From: an uncultured Alphaproteobacteria bacterium
GTDB lineage: Bacteria > Pseudomonadota > Alphaproteobacteria > Methylaequorales > Methylaequoraceae
Reading direction: 5' to 3'
Assembly: GCA_902625895.1 (NCBI GenBank)
Contig: CACODD010000002.1
Span: 20,785-84,784, forward strand
DNA length: 64,000 bases
In this document: positions 8,832 through 18,684 of the stretch, in pieces
How positions within the stretch are numbered: the stretch's first letter is position 1
Layout: each line of letters opens with the position of its first letter
Made by a program: the position numbers and the translations under genes
The notes under the pieces: model-generated
Told to the model about the DNA's origin: nothing
What the model saw: the letters and a program-made list of their open reading frames with translations, nothing else
The model's database searches: none

Positions 8832-9619
8832 ACCTTCAGAAATTCTTTAAGTTTTTTTATATTGTATTCTGCATTTTCGCTGAAATTAATCACATTATTA
8901 TGAAGAGAACAATACTTTGTAAAATATAAATTAAGGAGTGCTTTCATTTGTTCGCGTTCTGTAAATGTAAACTTTATTTTTGCAAACAAATTATTTAATT
9001 CATTTTCAACAATTTCTTTACTAGTCGGATAAAATTCCTTTTTTAAATTTAACATATATGAGCAAAGTTCATTTATTAACTTTTTTTGATTAGAAATAAT
9101 ATTGTATACAACTTCTTTATTTTTAAAATCAATAGATTCAAACTGATTGTCAGAGACAATTTTGACAATCTGTAAAAGTTCTTTTGAAGAGTATTTACAT
9201 GCTGATTGATAAAAACCAAATGATTCCATGTCATAAACTTTTGAGCTGTAACTTTTCTTTTGAATTCCTACAGATAAACATTCTTGATTTTGCATTTCTA
9301 ATTTATTTATAAAAGGAAAAAAAATCTTTTTGGTTTCATTGTCAGTAATTTTATTTATTGAACAAATATCTCCAACCTTTAAATATTTGTGCCCTGCTAA
9401 TCCAATATTTATCCATATATTATTATTTTTTTTATTATAATAGTAATATGTATCAGTTACTCCGATGGCAGCATTTACTTTACCGATACCTGAAATGGTT
9501 AAGCTGATGTTCTGATTTGCGTAAATAAAAATGTGTTTTAAATCTTTGATTTTTTTTAGCTTGAATAGATCAATTAGTGGTCTTGCTTCTGAGTTTGTCG
9601 CAACTATAAAATGAATCAT
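8828..9619 (-). CDS. Nucleoside phosphorylase / MTA-SAH nucleosidase-fold protein
   Basis: SGIGKVNAA, INIGLAG, YDMES and KIVSD of the PNP_UDP_1 fold; ATGA overlap with the radical SAM gene. Confidence 0.8.
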   Translation of the reverse strand: MIHFIVATNSEARPLIDLFKLKKIKDLKHIFIYANQNISLTISGIGKVNAAIGVTDTYYYYNKKNNNIWINIGLAGHKYLKVGDICSINKITDNETKKIFFPFINKLEMQNQECLSVGIQKKSYSSKVYDMESFGFYQSACKYSSKELLQIVKIVSDNQFESIDFKNKEVVYNIISNQKKLINELCSYMLNLKKEFYPTSKEIVENELNNLFAKIKFTFTEREQMKALLNLYFTKYCSLHNNVINFSENAEYNIKKLKEFLKV

Positions 9620-10417
9620 TTATTTTTTAATGAATTTTAGAGTCATGCGATCACTTTCACCTATGTCTTCGTAAATAGATTTATTTTTATCACCTTCTGC
9701 ATACCTTGGAGGGAGAGTCCATACACCTTTGTTGTAATTTTTGAGATCTTTAGGGTTAGAATTAAGTTCATTTTTTTCTAATAACTTAAATCCCTGTTCT
9801 TCAATATGTCTTATCAAAAATGATTCTTTTACATAACCTTTTTTAAAATTAGATGTTGCAGATTCATCAGCTCTATGTTGGACAACTCCAAGTATTCCAT
9901 TTTTTTTTAGTGATCTATGAAATGATTGATAAATATTTTCTGATTTTTTTTGATCTAAAAAGTTATGTGTATTTCTAAATGTCAAAATTAAATCAAAATA
10001 ATTTTCATTACTTTTAATTTTAAAATCTTTATCGATAAAAATTTTTTTAATTTCTCCAAATTTATTTTTATTCTTTTGAAAATATTCAAAGAATTCATTC
10101 TGGATTTTTGTGATGATCTCAATCGCGTAACTTGGTTCTTTATAAACTGCAACATGGAAGTTATTTGTTCCTTTCATGTAGGTGCTAATTATCTCTGTAT
10201 ACCAACCTCTACCTGGAATTATCTCTAAAACTTTTTTTGATCTATCCAATCCAAAGAAATTTAGTGTTTCATAAGGGTTTCTATATACGTCCCTTTTTCT
10301 GTTTTCTTCCTTTCTGTGAGGATTCTCAACAGCCTCTCTAACTAAATCAGTGTTTGCGTCAATTTTGTTAAAAAATAACAATGTTGTTAAGATTAAAGAA
10401 TATAGTAAAACCCTCAT
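9620..10417 (-). CDS. Predicted class I SAM-dependent methyltransferase (COG4798-like) with signal peptide
   Basis: RDVYRNPYETLNFFG, LEIIPGRGWYTE, LTFRNTHN, GVWTLPP, IGESDRMTLKF. Confidence 0.85.
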   Translation of the reverse strand: MRVLLYSLILTTLLFFNKIDANTDLVREAVENPHRKEENRKRDVYRNPYETLNFFGLDRSKKVLEIIPGRGWYTEIISTYMKGTNNFHVAVYKEPSYAIEIITKIQNEFFEYFQKNKNKFGEIKKIFIDKDFKIKSNENYFDLILTFRNTHNFLDQKKSENIYQSFHRSLKKNGILGVVQHRADESATSNFKKGYVKESFLIRHIEEQGFKLLEKNELNSNPKDLKNYNKGVWTLPPRYAEGDKNKSIYEDIGESDRMTLKFIKK

Positions 10418-10420
10418 AAT

Positions 10421-10918
10421 TTATGTTACACTATCTATCATATCGTCTATAGAAAATTGTTTATGTATTGCATCAGTAATTAAACCTAAATCTTTTTCAT
10501 TTTTAATATCCCAACCGCAAGGAGCTTTTTTTGTTAGCCCAGATCTGCATGAATACGAAAATACTTTAAAATCTTTTACTGCATCATGCGGAGAGTATTT
10601 TTTTTCAGAATCATTATCGTATGGATCTTTTTTAAAAATACCTTTTTCATTTGGCTTAACATTCATTATTATACTGTAAGTATAATGATTTAAAAGAAGA
10701 AAAGGATCTTTGGACTTTACTTCGCCTAAAAATTCAATGAATGCTACCGATGTTGCCTCTATATCATCTGGGGTAAGTTCATCGTAATATTTTGAAAAAA
10801 AAGATATAAATTTTCTTGCACTAATAAATAAAGCTACATCTCTTACTATATAATCATAAACAGTTTGAGAAATAATAATTTTAAATAACCAATCTGGACA
10901 AAATCTTTCTTTACCCAT
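10421..10918 (-). CDS. Hypothetical protein
   Basis: 165-aa ORF with 2-3 nt gaps to its co-directional neighbours; no motif recognised. Confidence 0.7.
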   Translation of the reverse strand: MGKERFCPDWLFKIIISQTVYDYIVRDVALFISARKFISFFSKYYDELTPDDIEATSVAFIEFLGEVKSKDPFLLLNHYTYSIIMNVKPNEKGIFKKDPYDNDSEKKYSPHDAVKDFKVFSYSCRSGLTKKAPCGWDIKNEKDLGLITDAIHKQFSIDDMIDSVT

Positions 10919-10920
10919 TT

Positions 10921-11238
10921 TTAGCCTTTCTTCAAAAAATTTTCAGCATAAGATTTTTTTATCAACGACCTTTTATTCGGCATTTGTACTTCATAATCAT
11001 ATTTATTTTTTTTTGCAAAGTTGATAGCTGATTCTAAATCATCAAAAAATAACTTAATTTGTTTTTCAGGGTTTGAAGATCCGTTCCAACAAAACTTACT
11101 ACTTATAAATGATTCATTAATTTCAATGTTTGAGAGACACCATTTGCGTGAGTTATTATATCCCGACTGCATGGCAGACTTAGTGGGTTTAAAAATCAAA
11201 AATTTATTTTTTTTCATAGTTTTTAAATCCTCGCTCAA
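10921..11238 (-). CDS. ETC complex I accessory subunit (NDUFS4-like)
   Basis: IFKPTKSAMQSG...W, QIKLFF...AINFAKK, KSYAENF. Confidence 0.85.
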   Translation of the reverse strand: MSEDLKTMKKNKFLIFKPTKSAMQSGYNNSRKWCLSNIEINESFISSKFCWNGSSNPEKQIKLFFDDLESAINFAKKNKYDYEVQMPNKRSLIKKSYAENFLKKG

Positions 11239-12376
11239 GATCTTTAATCAAATCATCTGCTGATTCTAAACCAATATGAATTCTAAACCAATATACAGAC
11301 TTTTTATAATTTTTTAAAGAGGGCTTTGTTACATTTAATGGTAAAATCAAACTTTCGTATCCTCCCCAACTAAATCCAATTTTAAAAAAATTTAAATGAT
11401 CAATGAACGATTCAATTTTATTTATTTTTGCAACTGAAAAAGTAATAAGTCCATTGCTAAGATTAAAGTATTTTTTCCAAAGTTTGTGGTAAATATTTTT
11501 TTTATCGGGTAAGAAATAAATTTCTTTAACAACCTTTTTTGTCTCTAAATACTCAAAAACTTTTAAGGAATTTTCTTGATGTTTTTCTAGTCTTGTACTC
11601 AGAGTTCTCATACCTTTTATTGCGTTGAAACATGCCTCCGCAGAAACAAAATCTCCCATTCTAACCGCTGTTTGCTTAATTTTTTTGAAATGCTCATTCC
11701 CGCATGCTATTACGCCACAAAAATTATCAGAATGACCTGAAAAATATTTTGTACAAGATTCAATAGCCACATCTATTCCCCATTTTAAAGGGTTGAGACC
11801 TATGAATGTAGCCCAAGTATTATCCATAACAGTTATAATTTTATTTTTTTTTGCAATCTTTACAATTTCCTCGATATCTTCCACTTCATAATTGAGAGAC
11901 CCAGGCGATTCGATGTAAATTAATTTTGTTTTGTTGCTAATTAGTTTATTAAAAGAAGAAGAGTTATTATTTTTGTAGAAATAAGTTTTTATTCCAAATT
12001 TTTTTAACTCTTTTATACAGAAATTATAAACCGGTTCATAACAATTTTCAGTAATTAATACTTCATCTCCTTTTGACAAAAATGATAATAAACTTATCGT
12101 TATTGCTGACAATCCAGAACTTGTAACAATTGCATCTTGACTTTTGTATAATTGGCAAATTAATTTTTCAAATCTTTTAACTGAATAGTTTCCAAATCTT
12201 CCATAATAAGGTTTCTTAAATCTATTTTTTTTAGCTTCTAAAAAGCTATTATAGTCTTTAAAAATTATTGTCGAGGTTCTATATATGGGATCACTTAAAG
12301 ATCCATGATGTAAATTAGGATCACTTCCTAGTTCAATTAATTCAGAATTTATTTTATTTTTCCCCATTCTGCCCAT
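11204..12376 (-). CDS. metC: Cystathionine beta-lyase
   Basis: PIYRTSTI, YGRFG, ESPGS, DNTWA, PLP lysine in TKYFSGHSD, GFSWGGYESL. Confidence 0.88.
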   Translation of the reverse strand: MGRMGKNKINSELIELGSDPNLHHGSLSDPIYRTSTIIFKDYNSFLEAKKNRFKKPYYGRFGNYSVKRFEKLICQLYKSQDAIVTSSGLSAITISLLSFLSKGDEVLITENCYEPVYNFCIKELKKFGIKTYFYKNNNSSSFNKLISNKTKLIYIESPGSLNYEVEDIEEIVKIAKKNKIITVMDNTWATFIGLNPLKWGIDVAIESCTKYFSGHSDNFCGVIACGNEHFKKIKQTAVRMGDFVSAEACFNAIKGMRTLSTRLEKHQENSLKVFEYLETKKVVKEIYFLPDKKNIYHKLWKKYFNLSNGLITFSVAKINKIESFIDHLNFFKIGFSWGGYESLILPLNVTKPSLKNYKKSVYWFRIHIGLESADDLIKDLERGFKNYEKK

Positions 12377-13191
12377 GATCCATCATACAGTTTAACTTCT
12401 TTAATACCTAATAATGTAAGAACAAATATAATATTGCAAGCTGTAACTCCAGATCCGCAATAGCATACTATGGTATTTTTTTTTTTTATTTTGTTTTGAT
12501 TGAAAATTAAATGCTCTAACTCATCAAAATTCTTTATAAGCATATTGTCTGTTATTACCTCAAACGGAATATTAATACTATTCTTAATTCTACCTTTTTT
12601 TAAATTAGGTCGCGGTTCTTTTTCAATTCCCAAAAATCTGTTTTGAGGTCTTGCGTCAATTACCTTTGTATTACAATCATTTTTAACAATAATTTTTTCT
12701 AATTCTTTTTTATTCACTATCCTCTTAGATTCAAATGAATTACATCTAAAATTAGATTTTTCTGTTTTTTTTATTTTATTTGTTATTGGAAGATTATTTT
12801 TAGTCCACTCTGAAAAACCACCATTTAGTATTCTTATCTTTTTAAATCCAAAAACTTTAAAAATAAACCAAACTCTTCCTGAACAAAAAAAACCCACTTG
12901 ATCATATATTATTATTTCGTGATTAATATTAATTCCATTTATTATAATAAAATTTTGGATTTGTTCAGTTGATGGAAACATATGGGGTAATTTAATGGAA
13001 TTATCCGACAATTTCTCAATATCGAAATAGATTGCATTCTCAATATGAGAGTTTGTATACTCTAATCTTCCTCTATTGGGTTTATTTAAATACCATCTAC
13101 AATCAATAATTCTAATGTTACAAGAGTTTTTTAAAGTAAAAAGCTCCTCACAGTTAATCACAAATTTTGAAATTAAATTTATCAAAGCCAC
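12349..13191 (-). CDS. sseA: 3-mercaptopyruvate sulfurtransferase (tandem rhodanese)
   Basis: Active-site loop CGSGVTA, LYDGSWAEW, IDARP..RF.G...EPR. Confidence 0.9.
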   Translation of the reverse strand: MALINLISKFVINCEELFTLKNSCNIRIIDCRWYLNKPNRGRLEYTNSHIENAIYFDIEKLSDNSIKLPHMFPSTEQIQNFIIINGININHEIIIYDQVGFFCSGRVWFIFKVFGFKKIRILNGGFSEWTKNNLPITNKIKKTEKSNFRCNSFESKRIVNKKELEKIIVKNDCNTKVIDARPQNRFLGIEKEPRPNLKKGRIKNSINIPFEVITDNMLIKNFDELEHLIFNQNKIKKKNTIVCYCGSGVTACNIIFVLTLLGIKEVKLYDGSWAEWGKIK

Positions 13192-14180
13192 CCTGGAATT
13201 GGAAGTTCTTTGTCTTTAAGAAATTTTTTATTAAAAATTTTACTTTCGTATTTTGTGCCATAATCACACAAGATGGTTACAATTTTTTTGTTGGGACCAA
13301 TTAATTTTCCTAACTTCACAGCTCCCATAATATTTATTCCTGATGATCCTCCTAAAATTAGCCCTTCTTTTCTCACCATTTCATATACAATATTTAAAGC
13401 TTCTGTATCTGTTATTTGAAATGATTCGTCAATAACAGCATTTTCTAAATTCCTGGTTATTCTTCCTTGCCCAATTCCTTCAGTTATGGAAGAACCAGTC
13501 GATTTAAGTTTCCCATTTTTATAAAAATTGTGCATAGCTGAACCCATGGGATCTGCTAAACCAATAACAATACTTTTATTTTTTTCTTTTAAAAAATCAG
13601 AAACACCAGAAATAGTTCCTCCTGTGCCTATTGAACATATAAAAGCGTCAACCTTTTGGGAAAGTTGTGTATATATTTCAGGGCCGGTTGTTAAATAATG
13701 TGATTTTTTATTAGATAAATTATCAAATTGATTTGCCCATAAAACACCATGCTCATTAACAATTGACTTTGCTAAGGTTTCTGAGTAACGAATGTAATTT
13801 CCAGGATTCTTATATGGGAGTGCATCAACAAGTTTTAATTCTGCTCCACACAATTTTAACATTTTTTTTTTTTCATTACTTTGGGTTCTAGGCATCACTA
13901 TGATTGAATTCAACCCAATTGAATTTCCAACTAAACATAGACCTATCCCCGTGTTTCCTGCAGTTCCTTCGACAATTGTACCTCCTTTTTCGATTTGTTT
14001 TTTTTTAATTGCATCTTTTATTATTTGCAATGCAGGTCTGTCTTTAACTGATCCACCTGGATTAAGAAATTCACATTTACCAAATATTTCGCAACCAGAA
14101 AGTTCTGATGCGACTTTTAGTTTTATTATTGGAGTGTTTCCAATACATTCTGAAAAATTTCTTTTAAAATTAAATTTCAT
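13182..14180 (-). CDS. cysK: Cysteine synthase
   Basis: IGNTP, NPGGSVKDR (PLP Lys), EGTAGNTG, GTGGT, EGIG. Confidence 0.92.
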   Translation of the reverse strand: MKFNFKRNFSECIGNTPIIKLKVASELSGCEIFGKCEFLNPGGSVKDRPALQIIKDAIKKKQIEKGGTIVEGTAGNTGIGLCLVGNSIGLNSIIVMPRTQSNEKKKMLKLCGAELKLVDALPYKNPGNYIRYSETLAKSIVNEHGVLWANQFDNLSNKKSHYLTTGPEIYTQLSQKVDAFICSIGTGGTISGVSDFLKEKNKSIVIGLADPMGSAMHNFYKNGKLKSTGSSITEGIGQGRITRNLENAVIDESFQITDTEALNIVYEMVRKEGLILGGSSGINIMGAVKLGKLIGPNKKIVTILCDYGTKYESKIFNKKFLKDKELPIPGWL

Positions 14181-14262
14181 TTTTTAAATGATCTTAAACT
14201 TTTTTTTGTTAAATCATATACAAAAAGTTAACAATGGTTTAGTTTAAGAATTTCACAAAAAA

Positions 14263-15120
14263 ATGCTAAATATTTTTATTAAAACTTTCATTTTTATTTT
14301 TTTTATCTCCTCTCCAATATGTTCTTTCGAGGTAAAATGGGTTGTTGACGGATTAAATGAGCCAGAGTCAGCTGTTTTTGATAAAAAAAATAGCGCTATA
14401 TATATTTCAAACATTAATGGTGATCCATTAAAATTAGACAAAAATGGGTATATCAGTAAAATCAGTGTGGATGGTCAGATTTTAGAAAAGAAATGGATAA
14501 AAGGTTTAGACGCACCAAAAGGTATGGCAATCTTTAATGACCATTTATTTGTTGCAGATATAAATAAAATTTGGAAGATCAATACTTTAAATAAAAAAAA
14601 ACAATTTTTCTCAGTTAATAGCGCAGGTTTTTTAAATGATTTAGTCGCAGACAAAAAAGGTCGTATTTATGCGTCTGACATGTTTAAAAATAGAATTTAC
14701 CAATTAAAAAATGAAAATATTACAATCTGGAAACAAAGCAAACTTTTAGATTCACCTAATGGATTGTTAATTGAGGGCAATTATTTAGTAATTGCTTGTT
14801 GGGGAAAAATTAAGAGTGGTTTTGATACAGAAATAAAAGGAAAATTAATAAAAGTTAATTTAAAAACAAGAGAGATTCAAAAATTTTTCAGTACTCGTCC
14901 AATTGGAAATTTGGACGGCATCGTCTTTAATAAAGATAATGGGTATTTATCAACTGATTGGATTAACGGAAAGCTTTTTTCAATCAATGAAAAAGGTATA
15001 GTTACGAACTCTTTTAAAGTTAATAAAGGGGCTGCCGACCTTGAGATATTAATGCATAAAAATCTAATTTTAATTCCAATGATGAAACATAATAATCTCA
15101 CAGCATTTCAGTACGATTAG
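14263..15120 (+). CDS. Periplasmic SMP-30/gluconolactonase-like beta-propeller protein
   Basis: Signal peptide, PESA, YISNING, GLDAPKGM, FLND, PNGL, LDGI, GAAD. Confidence 0.75.
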   Translation: MLNIFIKTFIFIFFISSPICSFEVKWVVDGLNEPESAVFDKKNSAIYISNINGDPLKLDKNGYISKISVDGQILEKKWIKGLDAPKGMAIFNDHLFVADINKIWKINTLNKKKQFFSVNSAGFLNDLVADKKGRIYASDMFKNRIYQLKNENITIWKQSKLLDSPNGLLIEGNYLVIACWGKIKSGFDTEIKGKLIKVNLKTREIQKFFSTRPIGNLDGIVFNKDNGYLSTDWINGKLFSINEKGIVTNSFKVNKGAADLEILMHKNLILIPMMKHNNLTAFQYD

Positions 15121-15843
15121 GTGCCAAAAACATCAATTAAAACAAAAAACTTATCAAAGATATATGATAATAAAACTGTGGTTAGTAATGTTTCAATAAA
15201 TTTACCATACGGCGGAATCTTTGGAGTTTTAGGAAAAAATGGAGCAGGAAAAACAACTTTTCTAGCAATGTTAATGGGACTTATAACTCCTTCAGAAGGA
15301 GAAATTTTCATTTTTGATAAATCCCTTAAGTTCCACAAATATGAAATATTAAAAAATATAAATTTTCAGAGTCCATATATTGATCTTCCTAAAAAGATTA
15401 CAGTTATGCAAAACTTGATTTTTTATGCGAGGCTTTATGATGTAATAGATACCAAAAAAAAAATTTTAAAATTATCAGAAGATTTATTTATAACAGATTT
15501 ACTTGACAATATTTATGGAACATTATCTTCCGGTCAAAAAACTAGAGTAAATTTATGTAAAGCTTTATTAAATGATCCAAAATTACTTCTGTTAGACGAA
15601 CCAACAGCATCGTTAGATGTATCAACATCAGAATTTATTAGAAAATATATAAAAAGTTTTCAGAAAAAAAATAATTCAACAATCCTTATTACATCTCATA
15701 ATTTAGAAGAAATTGAAAAACTGTGTTCACATATTATTTTATTAGAAAAAGGGAAAATAAAATTTGATGGTAAAAAAAATGAGCTATTTAAACAAAATAA
15801 ATCCTTCTCACTTAAAGATATTTTTCTGAAAGATGATAAATAG
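15121..15843 (+). CDS. ABC transporter ATP-binding protein
   Basis: Walker A GKNGAGKT, signature LSSGQ, Walker B LLLLDEPT, H-loop TSH. Confidence 0.93.
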   Translation: MPKTSIKTKNLSKIYDNKTVVSNVSINLPYGGIFGVLGKNGAGKTTFLAMLMGLITPSEGEIFIFDKSLKFHKYEILKNINFQSPYIDLPKKITVMQNLIFYARLYDVIDTKKKILKLSEDLFITDLLDNIYGTLSSGQKTRVNLCKALLNDPKLLLLDEPTASLDVSTSEFIRKYIKSFQKKNNSTILITSHNLEEIEKLCSHIILLEKGKIKFDGKKNELFKQNKSFSLKDIFLKDDK

Positions 15844-16624
15844 AATTTTAGCTCTATTAATAAGATATAAGAACATATCTTTTGGATCTTTTCCCAGGTT
15901 GTTGAGTATTTTTTATTGGCCAACTGTTCAAATTCTTTTTTGGGGATTCTTTACTAATTTTTTTATGTCTAATGGAAGCTTTGGTATTTGGAGTACCCTA
16001 AACATAATTCTTTCTGCAGTTGTTTTATGGGACGTTTTATTCAGAGGACAACTTGGTTTGACCATGTCTTTTTTTGAGGAGTTATGGTCAAGAAATTTAC
16101 CAAATTTATTTATCACACCATTAAGAGATATTGAGATGGTTTATGGATTGATACTTATAAGTTTCTTAAGAACTTTAATTGGAATTACTCCCGCTGTATT
16201 TTTCGCAAACTATTTTTTCGATTTTCATCTATTTGAACTAGGTTTGTATTTAATATTTCTCTTTTTAAATCTAATAATTTTCGGATGGTCCATTGGTTTT
16301 ATTGTCTCTGGCTTAGTGTTAAGATATGGGCAAGCCTTTGAAGAATTAGCGTGGGCGATTATCTTTATTATTCTTCCGTTTTCATGTGTATATTATCCAT
16401 TAGGTTCCTTACCTAATATAGTACAAGATATAGCTCTTTTTTTACCAACAGTACATATTTTTGAGACTATGAGATTGATTTTGATCGAAAATAAGATTGT
16501 TCTACATAATGTTTTTATAATTATTTTTCTCAATCTATTTTATTTAATTTTAAGTATCTTATTTTTTTTAAAAATGATCTTTATTGCTAGAAAAAAAGGG
16601 CTTCTTTTTAATCAGGGAGAATAA
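15833..16624 (+). CDS. ABC-2 type transporter permease
   Basis: About six TM segments; EELWSRNL.NLFITPL and FSCVYYP; overlaps the ATPase gene. Confidence 0.88.
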   Translation: MINRILALLIRYKNISFGSFPRLLSIFYWPTVQILFWGFFTNFFMSNGSFGIWSTLNIILSAVVLWDVLFRGQLGLTMSFFEELWSRNLPNLFITPLRDIEMVYGLILISFLRTLIGITPAVFFANYFFDFHLFELGLYLIFLFLNLIIFGWSIGFIVSGLVLRYGQAFEELAWAIIFIILPFSCVYYPLGSLPNIVQDIALFLPTVHIFETMRLILIENKIVLHNVFIIIFLNLFYLILSILFFLKMIFIARKKGLLFNQGE

Positions 16625-17547
16625 GCGTCTATTTTATATCTTATTGCATCTTTAGTTGAATGTTTATAGATAAAAATACACGATTCCTTAATTATATTTA
16701 AATAATTCTTACTCCCTAAAAATAAACAAATTCGCAGAAAGTTCATCCTATTAAATTTAGTTTTTTTTTTTTCTCTTCTATACCATTTTTCGGATCTTCC
16801 TATTGATTTCTTACATGCAATTTTTAATATTGATTCTTTTAACTCATTTTTTTTTATAAAGTAATATAATGCAGCGTTATAGTCGTGTATAAGTTGAGTT
16901 TTTTTCCCAATCATAATCCTGTTTTCGTCATCTTTTGGTCCATATGATGTTATGTTATCAATAAAACAAAAATTCCCAAAACGAGCTAAATTTAAAACCA
17001 AAGAAAAATCCTCTATAAAAAGTTTTTTATTACATCCACCGGATTTTTGAATTGTTTTATTACAATAGAGATTAGGGGTTGTACCTGAAAAACTTGAAGT
17101 AATTGTAGCTTTAAGGGGGTTTTCCAAAAATCTAAAGTTTTCGATTGTATTTTTTTCAAACGAAATATTATTAAAACTTGGCAATAATTTGTATGAGCTA
17201 AAAGCTGCTACAGATTTTTTTTTTAAAATTGTTTTTAATAAAATTTCACAACAATATGGAGCCATAATATCGTCGCCACCAACTAATTTAATATAATCAC
17301 CTTTAGCTCTACTAATTCCATGTTGAGTTGCAATGGCTGGTCCACTGTTTTTCTGACTTAAAATTGTTGTATCTTTCCACTTTTGAGTTTTTTTTTTTAA
17401 ATATTCTAGTGACCCATCGGTAGATCCATCATCAATAAAAATATATTCTTTTTCAAAACTTCCTACTTGTTCTTTTATAGAAGAAAGTACAATTTTTAAA
17501 TATTTTTTTTTGTTAAATATTGGGCATACAAAACTTATTTTTGTCAT
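16612..17547 (-). CDS. Glycosyltransferase family 2
   Basis: SFVCPIFN, IDDGSTDGS, N.GPA, GDD, IEDF. Confidence 0.88.
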   Translation of the reverse strand: MTKISFVCPIFNKKKYLKIVLSSIKEQVGSFEKEYIFIDDGSTDGSLEYLKKKTQKWKDTTILSQKNSGPAIATQHGISRAKGDYIKLVGGDDIMAPYCCEILLKTILKKKSVAAFSSYKLLPSFNNISFEKNTIENFRFLENPLKATITSSFSGTTPNLYCNKTIQKSGGCNKKLFIEDFSLVLNLARFGNFCFIDNITSYGPKDDENRIMIGKKTQLIHDYNAALYYFIKKNELKESILKIACKKSIGRSEKWYRREKKKTKFNRMNFLRICLFLGSKNYLNIIKESCIFIYKHSTKDAIRYKIDAYSP

Positions 17548-17548
17548 T

Positions 17549-18550
17549 TTAGAATAGTTTTTCTTTCCACGTTTTCGGTGTTTTTGAATTTATAATTTCA
17601 AGATCAAGATGGTATCTAAACTTCTTAACACCTTTTTCTTTTATAAAATCAATCATCTTTTTTAAGCCACTATCTAATGTTGTTTTTGTTTTGTAATTTA
17701 GGAGTCTGCGTACCTTATCAGCACTGCAAGTTGCTTCCAAAACCTCTTGAGGTCTGCCCTTTATATATTTTGGGTTCAGATTAAATTTGAGTTGATTAGC
17801 AATTTTGTTGGCCAAAGTATTAATTGTTATAAATTCTTCATCCGGCCCTATATTAATTATCTGACTCTTTACAGACTTATTAGTGGCCATTTCTTTAAGA
17901 CAAAATAGGTCATCATCAATATATGAGAAACATCTTTTTTGTTCTCCGTCTCCGTATATATAAGGTTGTCTATTTTGTAACATTAAATTAATCATAATTG
18001 AAGCTACATTGCGGTATGGGTCGTCGTATTTTTGTCTCGGTCCAATTATGTTGTGTGGTACCGCAATGACGTATTCAACACCGTGAACTTCACATAAATT
18101 TTTTAGGATATTTTCTGCTGCTACCTTTGCTATACCATATGGATCTTGGGGAGCAGGGATGAGCTCCTCTCTGAACGGTATTTCATTAGTTCCATATCGA
18201 GCCATAGATGAGCAAAATATGATTCTTTTAACTTTATTTTCAATTGCTGCACTAAATAATGACACTGATCCAGTAACAATATTTTGCGTAATTAGATGAG
18301 GTGAGAAAACAGATAAACCCTCATATGCTGTTGCTGCTGTATGATATACTAAGTCACATCCTTTGGTAATTTTTAGCATTGAATTTCGAAAACAACAATC
18401 GTACTGATAAAACTCAGCATCGGGTGGAACATTATCCAATTCACCGCCAATTAAACTATCGCAGCCAACAACATGATGACCATCATTGATAAACGCGTCC
18501 GCCAAGTGACTTCCAAGAAAACCAGCAATTCCACTAATAAATATTTTCAT
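17549..18550 (-). CDS. NAD-dependent epimerase/dehydratase
   Basis: GIAGFLGS Rossmann motif, SSMARYG, YGIAK (YxxxK), GDGEQKR. Confidence 0.92.
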   Translation of the reverse strand: MKIFISGIAGFLGSHLADAFINDGHHVVGCDSLIGGELDNVPPDAEFYQYDCCFRNSMLKITKGCDLVYHTAATAYEGLSVFSPHLITQNIVTGSVSLFSAAIENKVKRIIFCSSMARYGTNEIPFREELIPAPQDPYGIAKVAAENILKNLCEVHGVEYVIAVPHNIIGPRQKYDDPYRNVASIMINLMLQNRQPYIYGDGEQKRCFSYIDDDLFCLKEMATNKSVKSQIINIGPDEEFITINTLANKIANQLKFNLNPKYIKGRPQEVLEATCSADKVRRLLNYKTKTTLDSGLKKMIDFIKEKGVKKFRYHLDLEIINSKTPKTWKEKLF

Positions 18551-18556
18551 AAAAAA

Positions 18557-18632
18557 TGGCTCCGGCGACAGGACTCGAACCTGTGACCCAGCGATTAACA
18601 GTCGCTTGCTCTACCAACTGAGCTACGCCGGA
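18557..18632 (-). tRNA. tRNA-Asn (GTT)
   Basis: TCCGGCGTAGCTCAGTTGGTAGAGCAAGCGACTGTTAATCGCTGGGTCACAGGTTCGAGTCCTGTCGCCGGAGCCA: cloverleaf, anticodon GTT, encoded CCA. Confidence 0.97.
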
Positions 18633-18684
18633 ATTATGGATATAATAGTTAAATTTTTTTAATTGTAAAACATTTATAAAAACT

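Noticed and set aside
7851..9619. hpnH/hpnG (radical SAM + nucleosidase near hpnN)
   Set aside because: The radical SAM protein has SplB-family segments, not HpnH features; the proximity to hpnN looks coincidental.
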